A stretch of 35,727 bases of DNA from Clostridia bacterium (GTDB lineage Bacteria; Bacillota; Clostridia; Oscillospirales; Acutalibacteraceae): assembly GCA_017504645.1 (NCBI GenBank), contig JAFVQV010000009.1, forward strand, positions 1-35,727, written 5' to 3'. Under the pieces are notes generated by a model that saw only the letters and a program-made list of their open reading frames with translations, was not told the DNA's origin and ran no database searches. Of the stretch, positions 14,087 through 22,962 are shown piece by piece; the first letter of the stretch is position 1; the number at the start of each line of letters is the position of its first letter. Made by a program: the position numbers and the translations under genes.

Positions 14087-14953
14087 ATGCAGTATCGTAC
14101 GGATCTGGCGCTGGAGGCGGCGCAGCAATGGGCGGGTTCTTTGCCTCCCGATGCCCGACAGCGAGAGGAGACCGTTGGCGCGGTGACCTTGCACTGCCTG
14201 ACACTGGGCGAGCAGTCCGCTGCACAATTGGGGCGGGCGGCTGGCGAGTACGTCACCGCGCAGCTGCCACCGCTGACCGACAACGAGCAACAGCTGGAGG
14301 AGATGGCGCGTACCGTGGCACAGGAGCTGACGCGACTGCTGCCGCCGTCGGGGACGGTACTGGTGGTAGGACTGGGCAACGAGGCCATCACTCCCGATGC
14401 CCTGGGGCCCCGCGCCGCTCGCATGGTGCTGGCCACTCGTCACATTCGCGGAGAGCTTGCCCGCAGCGCGGGGTTGGATGATCTGCGGCCCGTAGCGGTG
14501 CTCTCCCCCGGTGTGTTGGGACATACCGGCATGGAAAGCGGCGAGCTGACCGCCGGTGCCTGCGCCTGCGTGCAGCCGTCAGCGGTGATCGCCGTGGATG
14601 CCTTGGCGGCAGGCAGTCTGTCCCGCCTGGGCTGCACGGTACAGCTGAGCAATACCGGCATCGCTCCCGGCTCGGGCGTGGGTAACAACCGCCGCCCGTT
14701 GGACGAAAAGCTGTTGGGAGTGCCGGTCATCGGCATCGGCGTGCCTACGGTGGTGGACGCCTCCACCCTCGCCCGCGAGCTGACGGGACAGGACGGGGGC
14801 GAAACGGTCTCCCCTCGCGGTGCCGCCATGATGGTGACGCCCCGCGAGGTGGACCTGATGATCGCGCGGGCGTCCCGCTTGGTCGCTATGATCGTCAACG
14901 CCGCCTTACAGCCCGAGTATTCCCCCTTGGAGTTGTGTGCCGCCGCGGTATAA
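14087..14953 (+). CDS. gpr: Germination protease GPR (spore endopeptidase)
   Basis: MQYRTDLALEA..., VVGLGNEAITPDALGP, SPGVLGHTGMES, IAVDALAA, GIAPGSGVGNNR and GVPVIGIGVPTVVDA are GPR family signatures. ATG 14087 has GGAGGA upstream; the track start at 14009 is a TTG with no RBS. Confidence 0.9.
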   Translation: MQYRTDLALEAAQQWAGSLPPDARQREETVGAVTLHCLTLGEQSAAQLGRAAGEYVTAQLPPLTDNEQQLEEMARTVAQELTRLLPPSGTVLVVGLGNEAITPDALGPRAARMVLATRHIRGELARSAGLDDLRPVAVLSPGVLGHTGMESGELTAGACACVQPSAVIAVDALAAGSLSRLGCTVQLSNTGIAPGSGVGNNRRPLDEKLLGVPVIGIGVPTVVDASTLARELTGQDGGETVSPRGAAMMVTPREVDLMIARASRLVAMIVNAALQPEYSPLELCAAAV

Positions 14954-14976
14954 ACGTGCCTGTCCCCTCATACAAT
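14948..14976 (+). promoter_or_regulatory. Candidate sigma-E-type promoter of spoIIP
   Basis: GTATAAA (14948-14954), a 14-nt spacer, then CATACAAT (14969-14976). As I recall the Bacillus sigma-E consensus (ZHATAXX-14-CATACAHT), every position matches. Caveat: the predicted transcription start falls inside the RBS of spoIIP. Confidence 0.4.
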
Positions 14977-14992
14977 GTAGGGGTGAGTAGCC

Positions 14993-16084
14993 ATGAACAA
15001 AGCAAAGCGGGGAATCGCCCGCTATTTCGTAACAGCCGCCATTGCCATGGGCAGTGCGGCGGTAATCGTCGCCGCCATTCCCGACGGGCAGTGGCTGGCA
15101 TGGGGACAGCAGACAGCACTGCTGTCCATCGGACTGCGGCAGCCGGAGGGCAGCGCACAATTGTTGGAGGAATGGGTACAGGGCGAGCCCGCAGGGGCGC
15201 TGAGTACCACCGATTCCACCTCAATGTCGGTACAGTTTTCTCCCGTGGAAAGCAAGGCGACCGCCGTCACCACCACGACCGGCACCGTGGCCGTGCCGAC
15301 GGGCGGCGGACGGGTGTTGACACAGCAGCTGAGCAGCGGGTCGTCTTTCATACAGGGTGTGGCTATCAACAACAAAAGCGGGAAAACAGCGGATATCGCC
15401 GCCGCGCTTAGGCGGGTGCCTGCTCTATCCTTTGACAAAGCCTCCTCTCAGCCTCAGGTGTTGATCACCCACACCCATACCACAGAGTGTTATTTACAGC
15501 AGGACAACGGGGTGTACCGCGCCGACGATGCCACCCGCACCCACGACACCACCAAAAACGTGGTGGCGGTAGGCAACGCCGTTGCCGCGCAGCTACGGCA
15601 GGCGGGGATCGGCGTTATTCACGATACCGTCATCCACGACGAGCCGTATAACGGTGCGTACAACCATTCCAAAGCAGAGGTGGAGCGGCTGCTGAAGCAG
15701 TATCCCACCATTCGGGTGGTGCTGGACATTCACCGCGATGCCATCTACCCCTCGGATACTACCCGCGTGAAACCCACCGCCGTCATCGACGGCAAAAAAG
15801 CCGCCCAGGTCATGATCATCGTGGGTATGAAAAACACCACCGCCGTGCCCAACAAGCACGTGCAGGAAAATTTGGCCTTTGGCGTTCGCTTACAGCAGTA
15901 TCTGCACACCACCTATACGGGGCTGATGCGCCCGCTGTTGTTGGCGGATGCCCGTTATAACCAGCATCTGACAAACGGTTCCCTGCTCATTGAGATGGGC
16001 AGCGATGCCAACACCACGGCGGAAGCGATGTATTCCGGTGAGTTGGTGGGCAAGGGGCTGGCACAGGTGCTGCGCAATTTGTGA
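14993..16084 (+). CDS. spoIIP: Stage II sporulation protein P (SpoIIP amidase/endopeptidase)
   Basis: 363 aa. N-terminal membrane anchor, ITHTHTTECY and VLDIHRDA motifs of the SpoIIP family. The rpsT/gpr/spoIIP neighbourhood is conserved. Confidence 0.88.
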   Translation: MNKAKRGIARYFVTAAIAMGSAAVIVAAIPDGQWLAWGQQTALLSIGLRQPEGSAQLLEEWVQGEPAGALSTTDSTSMSVQFSPVESKATAVTTTTGTVAVPTGGGRVLTQQLSSGSSFIQGVAINNKSGKTADIAAALRRVPALSFDKASSQPQVLITHTHTTECYLQQDNGVYRADDATRTHDTTKNVVAVGNAVAAQLRQAGIGVIHDTVIHDEPYNGAYNHSKAEVERLLKQYPTIRVVLDIHRDAIYPSDTTRVKPTAVIDGKKAAQVMIIVGMKNTTAVPNKHVQENLAFGVRLQQYLHTTYTGLMRPLLLADARYNQHLTNGSLLIEMGSDANTTAEAMYSGELVGKGLAQVLRNL

Positions 16085-16102
16085 CAAGAAAAGGAGTCGC
16101 TT

Positions 16103-16375
16103 ATGCGATACCGCAATGAGCAAAAACGGCGCACCCGAAAGGCGTGCGGCTATGCGTTCGTTCTGACCCTCTGCGTGCTGCTGACAGGCATCGGACTGTT
16201 GATGGCAGATCGTACCACCGGGCGCGCTCTCCACGGCAGCGGCTACACCACCGCCCTCCCCACCATAGACGACAGGTGGGTGGAGTATCTGCCCGCCCGC
16301 GTACAAGTGCTGCTGCGTCTCCCTCAGTGGGAACAGCAGGCGGTGCAGTGGGTGTGGGAGCAGATAGACAAATAA
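16103..16375 (+). CDS. Hypothetical small membrane protein
   Basis: 90 aa. AAGGAG lies 6 nt upstream. One predicted TM segment (YAFVLTLCVLLTGIGLLMA). It sits 18 nt after spoIIP and before a terminator. No family recognised. Confidence 0.5.
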   Translation: MRYRNEQKRRTRKACGYAFVLTLCVLLTGIGLLMADRTTGRALHGSGYTTALPTIDDRWVEYLPARVQVLLRLPQWEQQAVQWVWEQIDK

Positions 16376-16380
16376 CAAAC

Positions 16381-16409
16381 AGCGCCCCTGCGCATAACGC
16401 AGGGGCGCT
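16381..16409. terminator. Bidirectional intrinsic terminator between the spoIIP operon and rhaA
   Basis: 12-bp stem agcgcccctgcg/cgcaggggcgct with loop cataa. T-rich runs follow on both strands. Confidence 0.8.
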
Positions 16410-16430
16410 GTTTGTATTATAATACCTATT

Positions 16431-17681
16431 TTATACGCGGGTAGCAAGGACATCCTTTTCGTAGGCGCGGATCTCGTCAAACCAGGCGGTGCCGGTGGCG
16501 ACGCCGCATTCCTCGCAATATTTGTCCCAAATATCGCCGAAGGGCAGGGTCTTGATCTCCTCCTGCAGCATCATCAGTTCGGTAAGCTGATTGCTGTCCT
16601 GCAAAGCGCGCAGGGTGTTATGGGGCGTGCACAGGGCAGACAGCAACGCTTTCTGCCAGCTGCGGATACCCACCGCCCACGCGGAGATACGGTTGATGCT
16701 GGCATCGAAGTAGTCCAGCGCCATGTATACCCGATCCAGCGCGTCGCAGCGAACGATCTCTTTCGCCATTTCCTTGGTCTCGTCGTCAAACAGCAGCACG
16801 TGGTCGGAGTCCCAACGGACACCGCGGGTGATGTGCAACGCGATCTCGGGGAAGAAGCACAACAGCGCAGGGATCTTATCCGACACCACCTCGGTGGGAT
16901 GATAGTGACCGTTATCCATCAGCGGCAGGCAGCCGTCGTGGGTAGCGGCAAAGGTCAGCGAGAATTCGGCGGAGCCGGCGGTGAAGGATTCCACGCCGAT
17001 ACCGAACACCTTGGATTCCACGCAGGGCTTCACCAGCGCCTTGTCAAAGGGCTCGGATAGGATCTCTTCGATGGATTCTTTATACCGCATACGGGGCCCC
17101 ATGCGGTCGGCGGGGATGTCTTTAAAGCCGTCACCCGTCCAGATGTTCATAACGCAGGGGACGCCGGTCTGCTCGGCGAAATATTGAGAAATGCGCACGC
17201 AGGCCTTGCCGTGCTCGATCCAGAAACGGCGGGTCTCCTCGTCGGGGCTGGACAGGGTCAGGCCATCCTTTACCTTGGGATGGGAGAAGAAGGTGGGGTT
17301 AAAGTCGATGCCCATGCCCTTTTCCTTGGCAAAATCGACCCATTTTTGGAAGTGCTTGGGCTCCAGCTTATCACGATCCACGAATTCGCCGGGGGCGAAC
17401 ACCGCGTAGCAGGCGTGCACATTCAGCTTTTTCTTGCCGGGGCACAGGGACATGGCTTTGTCCATATCGGCGATGAGTTCGTCGGGCGTGCGGGCCTTGC
17501 CGGGGTAGTTACCGGTGGTCTGAATGCCGCCGGTGAGAGGGCCGTCGTGGTCGAAGCCGATCACGTCGTCACCCTGCCAGCAATGGACAGATACGGGAAT
17601 GTCTTTCAGCTTGCGGATGGCGGCATCGGTGTCGATGCCCAGGGCGGCATACTGCGCCTTGGCGCTTTCATAACGGTTCAT
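16431..17681 (-). CDS. rhaA: L-rhamnose isomerase
   Basis: MNRYESAKAQYAALGIDTDAAIRKLKDIPVSVHCWQGDDV matches the E. coli-type RhaA N-terminus. ATG 17681 has AAGGAG 9 nt upstream; the track start at 17720 lacks an RBS. Confidence 0.92.
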   Translation of the reverse strand: MNRYESAKAQYAALGIDTDAAIRKLKDIPVSVHCWQGDDVIGFDHDGPLTGGIQTTGNYPGKARTPDELIADMDKAMSLCPGKKKLNVHACYAVFAPGEFVDRDKLEPKHFQKWVDFAKEKGMGIDFNPTFFSHPKVKDGLTLSSPDEETRRFWIEHGKACVRISQYFAEQTGVPCVMNIWTGDGFKDIPADRMGPRMRYKESIEEILSEPFDKALVKPCVESKVFGIGVESFTAGSAEFSLTFAATHDGCLPLMDNGHYHPTEVVSDKIPALLCFFPEIALHITRGVRWDSDHVLLFDDETKEMAKEIVRCDALDRVYMALDYFDASINRISAWAVGIRSWQKALLSALCTPHNTLRALQDSNQLTELMMLQEEIKTLPFGDIWDKYCEECGVATGTAWFDEIRAYEKDVLATRV

Positions 17682-17703
17682 ACGGTACAACTCCTTAATA
17701 TAT

Positions 17704-19101
17704 TTAGACTTTTTTAACATCGAAAGAACGGGCGATGGCAGTGCGGCCCTCGGCCAACGAGGTAAATTCCCCTGCCGCCAGCATCTGCACCAGCAGATTG
17801 CCCAGCGCGGTGGCCTCCACGGGGCCCGCGTACACTTCCATGCCGGTGGCCTGTGCGGTCAGTTCATTGAGGTAACCGTCCTGACAGCCGCCGCCTACAA
17901 TGTGCAGGCGGGTGTAGGTTCTGCCGGTGACCTGCTCCATTTCGCGGACCGCCTGACCGTAGCGTTTCGCCAAGCTGAGATATACCACCTTGACGATCTC
18001 GCCGATGGTCTCGGGCACCTTACCGCCAGTTTCGGCACTGACGGTCTTGACCGTTTCGATCATGCTCTTGGGGGCTAAGAATCGCTGATCGTCCACGTCC
18101 ACCACGGTATCGATATCCGCCGCCCGCGCCATGTCGCACAGGGCGCCGAAGCCGTATTCGTTGTTCAGTTCCCGCTTAATAGACTGAATGAGCCACAGGC
18201 CCATGATATTTTTCAAATAACGGAACCGATATTCCACGCCGCCCTCGTTGGTGAAGTTGAGCTTGTGACTTTCTTTACTGCAATCGGGAGCCATGCGCTC
18301 CGCGCCGATCAGCGACCAGGTGCCGGAGCTGATGTACAGGAAATCGTCATCGTTGGCGGGAACCGCAGCCACTGCGGAGCCGGTGTCGTGAGTGGCGGGC
18401 AGGACCACCTGACAGGTGAAGCCCACCTGCTCGGCTACCTCGTCGGTAAACATGCCCACGGTCTCGCCCGGCATCTTCAGTTCGCCGAACAGGCGGCGGG
18501 GATAGCCCAGCTTATCCAGCACTTTGCCGTCCCACTGCTTGGTCTCGGCATTTACCAAATTGCCGGTGGTGGCATTGGTGTATTCGTTCATCGCCACGCC
18601 GGTCAGCAGATAATTGAAATATTCGGGGATCATGAGCAGGCGGTGTGCCGCCTCCAGCTGTTCGGGATGGTTCAGCTTGACACTCATGAGCTGATACACC
18701 GTGTTGAACACCTGCTTTTGAATACCCGTGCGGGCGTACAGCTCTTCGGCGGAAATGCAACCGTATACGGGCTCATCCATGCCGTTATTACGACTGTCAC
18801 GATAGGCCACAGTATCACCGATCAGGCGGCCCTTCTCATCCAACAGAACGAAGTCCACGCCCCAGGTATCGATGCCCATGGACACGGGAATCTTACCCGC
18901 CTCTTTGCATTTCTTAAGGCCGCCCAGGATCTCGCTGAACAGGCGCTCGGTATCCCAGCACAGGTGACCGCCGCGGCTGACCAGTTTGTTTTCGAAACGG
19001 TGGATCTCCTCCAGCACGATCTTACCGCCCTCCAGATGCGCCAACATGTGGCGACCACTGGACGCGCCGATATCCACGGCCAAGTAGTATGTAACCGACA
19101 T
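17704..19101 (-). CDS. rhaB: Rhamnulokinase (FGGY carbohydrate kinase family)
   Basis: 465 aa. YLAVDIGASSGRHML and GIDTWGVDFVLLD are FGGY/RhaB motifs. It lies directly upstream of rhaA. RBS AGGAGA. Confidence 0.88.
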   Translation of the reverse strand: MSVTYYLAVDIGASSGRHMLAHLEGGKIVLEEIHRFENKLVSRGGHLCWDTERLFSEILGGLKKCKEAGKIPVSMGIDTWGVDFVLLDEKGRLIGDTVAYRDSRNNGMDEPVYGCISAEELYARTGIQKQVFNTVYQLMSVKLNHPEQLEAAHRLLMIPEYFNYLLTGVAMNEYTNATTGNLVNAETKQWDGKVLDKLGYPRRLFGELKMPGETVGMFTDEVAEQVGFTCQVVLPATHDTGSAVAAVPANDDDFLYISSGTWSLIGAERMAPDCSKESHKLNFTNEGGVEYRFRYLKNIMGLWLIQSIKRELNNEYGFGALCDMARAADIDTVVDVDDQRFLAPKSMIETVKTVSAETGGKVPETIGEIVKVVYLSLAKRYGQAVREMEQVTGRTYTRLHIVGGGCQDGYLNELTAQATGMEVYAGPVEATALGNLLVQMLAAGEFTSLAEGRTAIARSFDVKKV

Positions 19102-19140
19102 TTGCTTTCTCCTTTCGCACAGGAAGTCTAGTTCCTACCA

Positions 19141-19169
19141 ATTATACCAAATTCTTATAAAAATAGCAA
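19141..19169 (-). promoter_or_regulatory. Candidate sigma-70-type promoter of rhaB-rhaA
   Basis: Minus strand reads TTGCTA (19169-19164), a 17-nt spacer, then TGgTATAAT (hexamer 19146-19141). A short inverted repeat AGGAA-N6-TTCCT lies between the -10 and the RBS. Confidence 0.6.
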
Positions 19170-19174
19170 GTATC

Positions 19175-20578
19175 TCATCCCACAAGCCGCAGGCCTTTGG
19201 GATAATGATTTTTTAGTTTTCCGCCGGACACCTTACCGAAGCCGGTGACGATGCCCGCTACCGCCACGGCGGTATAGCCGTTTGCCGCCTCGACGGTCAG
19301 CTCCTCACCCCGCAAAAACGCGGTCAGCCGTGGATCGTCGGCGGCAAAGGACAGCAGGCGGCGGCAATCCGCCGCCTGTGCACTTTGAAACAGGGCGTGG
19401 GCCGGCTCGGCACGCAGGGTGCGACCTGTGTGCAGCTGGGCGGCGGCAATGCCCGCGCCCAACACCGTCAGCCCTCGCGTGTCGGGCAGGTCGGCGGGCA
19501 GCAGACGTACCGTGTCGCCGAACGCCGCAAACGTGCCCGTCGGCGTATCAGCAAAGCAATCGGCATACAGGTCGCGGCAACGCTTGACCCCCTCCCCCTC
19601 TTTGGGCGCGCGAAACGGGGGCGGTGTATTCGCGCCGCCCGCCATGCGGCGGAACAGGGCGATGAAATGTCCCTCTCCCCCGTCCATGGGTAGGATGCGG
19701 CGGCAATAGGTCAGCGGGACGGTGGCCGCAAACGCCCGCTCCTCGGCGGTGCCGAAGGGAACGATGCGCTCCGCATCAAAGGCAGGTCTGCCAAAGGGCA
19801 CCTGGATGGGTAACAATTCAAACTCGGGATGGGCGCGCAAAAACCGCACCACCGCCCACTCGTTTTCCTCAGGGGCAAAGGTGCAGGTGGACAGCACCAG
19901 TCGGCCGCCCTCGCGGACGCAGGCGGCGGCGTTCTGCAGGATATCCTGTCCCCGTGCGGCGCACAGGGCGATGTTTTCCTCGCTCCAGTGAGTAAGGGCG
20001 TCGGGCTCTTTACGGAACATGCCCTCCCCCGAGCAAGGCACGTCGGCCAGCACGGCATCAAAAAAGGCGGGCAGCTGCCCCGCAAGCAGGGCGGTATCCC
20101 CACAAGAGACCGCGGCGTTGCGCACGCCGCACCGCTCGATATTTTGCGCCAGTATGCGGGCGCGGGCGGGGACGTATTCGTTGCACCACAGCAGCCCTTG
20201 CCCTTGAAGGGCGGCGGCGATCTGCGTGGATTTGCCGCCGGGGGCGGCGCACAGGTCCAGTACCTGTTCTCCCACCTTGGGAGAAAGCACCGTTACCGCC
20301 GACATGGCGGAGGGCTCCTGCATATAATACGCACCGGCGTGGTGCAGGGGGTCGCTGCCCGCCTTAAACACCCCATCGATCACAAACCCATCCGCCGCAA
20401 AGGGCGTGGGGCGCAGCGGCTGCCCGAACAGTTCCCGCAGGCGAGCAACCGAGCATTTCAGCGTATTGGCGCGCAGTCCTCGTGCGGTCAGCGGGGCATG
20501 AAAGGCCGCTTCAAAGTCCCGCCAGTCGTCGGTCAGCAAACGGCGCATACGCGATTCAAACAAAGCGGGAAACTCCAC
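19175..20578 (-). CDS. rsmF: RsmF/RsmB-family 16S rRNA m5C methyltransferase (NOL1/NOP2/Sun)
   Basis: 467 aa. DLCAAPGGKSTQIAA is the SAM motif and DVPCSGEGMFRKEP the catalytic Cys motif. GTG start with GGAGGTG upstream. Confidence 0.82.
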   Translation of the reverse strand: MEFPALFESRMRRLLTDDWRDFEAAFHAPLTARGLRANTLKCSVARLRELFGQPLRPTPFAADGFVIDGVFKAGSDPLHHAGAYYMQEPSAMSAVTVLSPKVGEQVLDLCAAPGGKSTQIAAALQGQGLLWCNEYVPARARILAQNIERCGVRNAAVSCGDTALLAGQLPAFFDAVLADVPCSGEGMFRKEPDALTHWSEENIALCAARGQDILQNAAACVREGGRLVLSTCTFAPEENEWAVVRFLRAHPEFELLPIQVPFGRPAFDAERIVPFGTAEERAFAATVPLTYCRRILPMDGGEGHFIALFRRMAGGANTPPPFRAPKEGEGVKRCRDLYADCFADTPTGTFAAFGDTVRLLPADLPDTRGLTVLGAGIAAAQLHTGRTLRAEPAHALFQSAQAADCRRLLSFAADDPRLTAFLRGEELTVEAANGYTAVAVAGIVTGFGKVSGGKLKNHYPKGLRLVG

Positions 20579-20599
20579 GTCCCCACCTCCTTTTTACGA

Positions 20600-20625
20600 A
20601 AAAACGCGCCGCAGGTGCGGCGCGG
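20600..20625 (-). terminator. Intrinsic terminator after the membrane-protein gene
   Basis: 8-bp GC stem cgcgccgc/gcggcgcg (20606-20613 with 20618-20625) and loop aggt. On the minus strand it is followed by TTTTTT (20605-20600). Confidence 0.65.
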
Positions 20626-20631
20626 CAAACG

Positions 20632-21168
20632 TCAGCGGGATTTACGCAGGCGGTCGCGCACCGAACGTTTGGCAGGGGCGGGCTCCTCCTGTTCCTCCAG
20701 ACGGCTCAGCTGGAAATCTCCCAAATCCAGATAACTGTCGGGTTGTTCTTTTTTGGCGTATTCCTTTTCCACCTTGCGATCTACGCGGTATACCACCCAC
20801 GGAGCCAGCAAAAACACCGGCACCAAAACAGGCGACAAATGACGGTACACCATGCGCCACGAGGTGATGCCCATATCGGTGCCGTCGGCGCCCATATGGA
20901 CGGTAAATTCATTCTTGATCATGACGGCGACGACGATAAACAGCACCGCCGCACCCACTGCCATGAGAAAGGGCACGGTCTTACCCTGACGCAAAGCAAA
21001 AAATAAAATCACGGATACCGCCATCAGCACCGTGGCTACCGCCATGGGGAAAATGCTGAACTCGCTGTTTCCGGTATAAATTCCATACATGGCGAGGCAC
21101 TGAAACGCCGTGGTGATGACCAGCGTGACCCATGCCAACACACGGGAAATCGAGGCGATCGTATCCAT
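20632..21168 (-). CDS. Hypothetical integral membrane protein
   Basis: 178 aa from ATG 21168, with AAGGAG 9 nt upstream. About 4-5 hydrophobic segments and a charged C-terminal tail. The longer track ORF (to 21405) crosses the rimP promoter region and has no RBS. Confidence 0.6.
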   Translation of the reverse strand: MDTIASISRVLAWVTLVITTAFQCLAMYGIYTGNSEFSIFPMAVATVLMAVSVILFFALRQGKTVPFLMAVGAAVLFIVVAVMIKNEFTVHMGADGTDMGITSWRMVYRHLSPVLVPVFLLAPWVVYRVDRKVEKEYAKKEQPDSYLDLGDFQLSRLEEQEEPAPAKRSVRDRLRKSR

Positions 21169-21249
21169 AAAAACAAACTCCTTTTTTGTGTTGTCCCTAT
21201 TGTAGCACATCCAAAAGGGTTTGTACAGCCCGCTTTTTTTAAAAAAACC

Positions 21250-21277
21250 TTGCATTTTTAAAAAACGGTGGTATACT
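21250..21277 (+). promoter_or_regulatory. Candidate sigma-70-type promoter of the rimP-nusA-infB operon
   Basis: TTGCAT (21250-21255), a 16-nt spacer, then TGgTATACT (hexamer 21272-21277). Confidence 0.55.
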
Positions 21278-21301
21278 GTAGGTGTATGATATGTTGACAG
21301 T

Positions 21302-21333
21302 AAAGGAGTGGGGTGACCCGCTCCTTTGTGTTT
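21302..21333 (+). promoter_or_regulatory. Leader stem-loop with U-rich tail upstream of rimP (possible attenuator)
   Basis: 11-bp stem, aaaggagtggg (21302-21312) with cccgctccttt (21317-21327), including one G-U pair. GTGA tetraloop, then gtgttt. The 5' arm contains an SD-like AAAGGAG. Confidence 0.4.
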
Positions 21334-21345
21334 AGGAGGTGCTGT

Positions 21346-21858
21346 ATGGCCAAAGGAAACCGACCCGAGGGCGGCGTGGCGGCGGTTTGCCGCGAATTGG
21401 CGCAACCCTTTGCCGATCAGTTGGGGTTATCCATCTGGGATGTGCGGTTTGTAAAAGAGGGCGCGGATTGGTATCTGCGTGTCATCATCGACAAGCCTGA
21501 GGGTGTGGATATCAACGATTGCGTGGATATGACCCATCTGCTCAGTCCCGCACTGGACAAGGCCGATCCCATCGCCCAGTCCTATTGTCTGGAGGTCATG
21601 TCTCCCGGCATTGAACGGGAGCTGACCCGCCCCGAGCATTTTGAGGCCTTTGAGGGCGAGCCCGTCACCGTGCGACTCATCCGCCCCGACGAAAACGGCG
21701 AGCGGGAGATCGTGGGAATTTTACTGGGAACCCCCGACGGCAATGTGGCACTGCAGACCGAGGACGATCAAACACGCGTATTTTCCCGCAAGGATATCGC
21801 GGCGGTACACGCCGTGGATCTTTGGGACGATAGCGAAGAAACAATAACGGAGGAATGA
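21346..21858 (+). CDS. rimP: Ribosome maturation factor RimP
   Basis: 170 aa from ATG 21346 (AGGAGG 6 nt upstream). LGLSIWDVRFVKEGADWYLRVIIDKPEGVDINDC is RimP-like. Its position upstream of nusA is conserved. Confidence 0.9.
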   Translation: MAKGNRPEGGVAAVCRELAQPFADQLGLSIWDVRFVKEGADWYLRVIIDKPEGVDINDCVDMTHLLSPALDKADPIAQSYCLEVMSPGIERELTRPEHFEAFEGEPVTVRLIRPDENGEREIVGILLGTPDGNVALQTEDDQTRVFSRKDIAAVHAVDLWDDSEETITEE

Positions 21859-21864
21859 CACGAC

Positions 21865-22932
21865 ATGACTAACAACGCAGAATTCTTTGAGGCTTTACAG
21901 CTTCTCGTAAAGGAAAAAGGCATCGACGGTGAGTATCTGCTGGAAAAGATCCGCGCCGCCATCGTGCTCGCCGTGAAAAAAGATTACGGCGGAAAGGAAA
22001 ATATCTTCGTGGTGATGGAGCCCTCTACCGGTGAGTTCTCCGTGTCCCTGCGCAAGACCGTGGTGGACGAAGTGGAGGATCCCGATGAGCAGCTGCTCCC
22101 CGAGGAAGCGGTGAAGTACAAAAAGTCCGCCAAGGTGGGCGATGTCATCGACATCAAGCTGGAGACCAAGCAGTTTGGCCGTATCGCCGCACAGACCGCC
22201 AAGCACGTCATCCGTCAGGGTATCCGTGAGGCAGAGCGCGGACAGAAGCTGATCGAGTTCCAGCGTCACAATCAGGAGCTCATCACCGTGCGTGTGACCC
22301 GTGTGGATCCTCAGACCGGTGCCGCCACCGTGGAGATCGGCAAGTCCGAGGCGGTCCTGCCCCGCAGCGAACAGGTGGCAGACGAGACTCTGCGCGAGGG
22401 TATGCACATCAAGGTGTTTGTCGCCGATGTGAAGGACGGCGAAAAGGGTCCCCGCGTTATCCTGTCCCGTACCCATCCGGGTCTGGTAAAGCGGTTGTTT
22501 GAAATGGAAGTGCCCGAGATCTTCGACGGCACCGTGGAGATCAAAGCCGTGTCCCGCGAAGCCGGTTCCCGCACCAAGATGGCGGTGCTGGCACACGACG
22601 AGAACGTAGACGCCGTAGGCGCCTGCATCGGTAACAAGGGTACCCGCGTCGCCCGTATCGTTGACGAGCTGGGCGGCGAAAAGATCGACATCATCGAGTA
22701 CAGCGAAGATCCGCAGGCGTTTATCGCTGCCGCACTTGCCCCTGCCAAGGTGGTCGGCGTGGAAGTGGATCCCGACGGCGCCAAGGCATGCCGCGCTACC
22801 GTGCCGGATGCTCAGCTGTCGCTGGCGATCGGCAACAAGGGCCAAAATGCTCGCTTGGCCGCCAAACTGACCGGTTGGAAGATCGATATCCGCCCTGAAA
22901 GCGGTTTCTACGGCGAGGAAGAAGAAGCGTAA
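21865..22932 (+). CDS. nusA: Transcription termination/antitermination factor NusA
   Basis: 355 aa, with S1 and KH domains. N-terminus NAEFFEALQLLVKEKGI; KH motif IGNKGQNARLAAKLTGWKIDI. Confidence 0.95.
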   Translation: MTNNAEFFEALQLLVKEKGIDGEYLLEKIRAAIVLAVKKDYGGKENIFVVMEPSTGEFSVSLRKTVVDEVEDPDEQLLPEEAVKYKKSAKVGDVIDIKLETKQFGRIAAQTAKHVIRQGIREAERGQKLIEFQRHNQELITVRVTRVDPQTGAATVEIGKSEAVLPRSEQVADETLREGMHIKVFVADVKDGEKGPRVILSRTHPGLVKRLFEMEVPEIFDGTVEIKAVSREAGSRTKMAVLAHDENVDAVGACIGNKGTRVARIVDELGGEKIDIIEYSEDPQAFIAAALAPAKVVGVEVDPDGAKACRATVPDAQLSLAIGNKGQNARLAAKLTGWKIDIRPESGFYGEEEEA

Positions 22933-22962
22933 TTCAGTATTTGACAGAGAGCGTGAGGAAGT

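Noticed and set aside
15890-16480. 196-aa minus-strand ORF spanning the end of spoIIP, the small ORF and the terminator
   Set aside because: It is antisense to supported genes and runs through a bidirectional terminator hairpin, so it is a shadow ORF.
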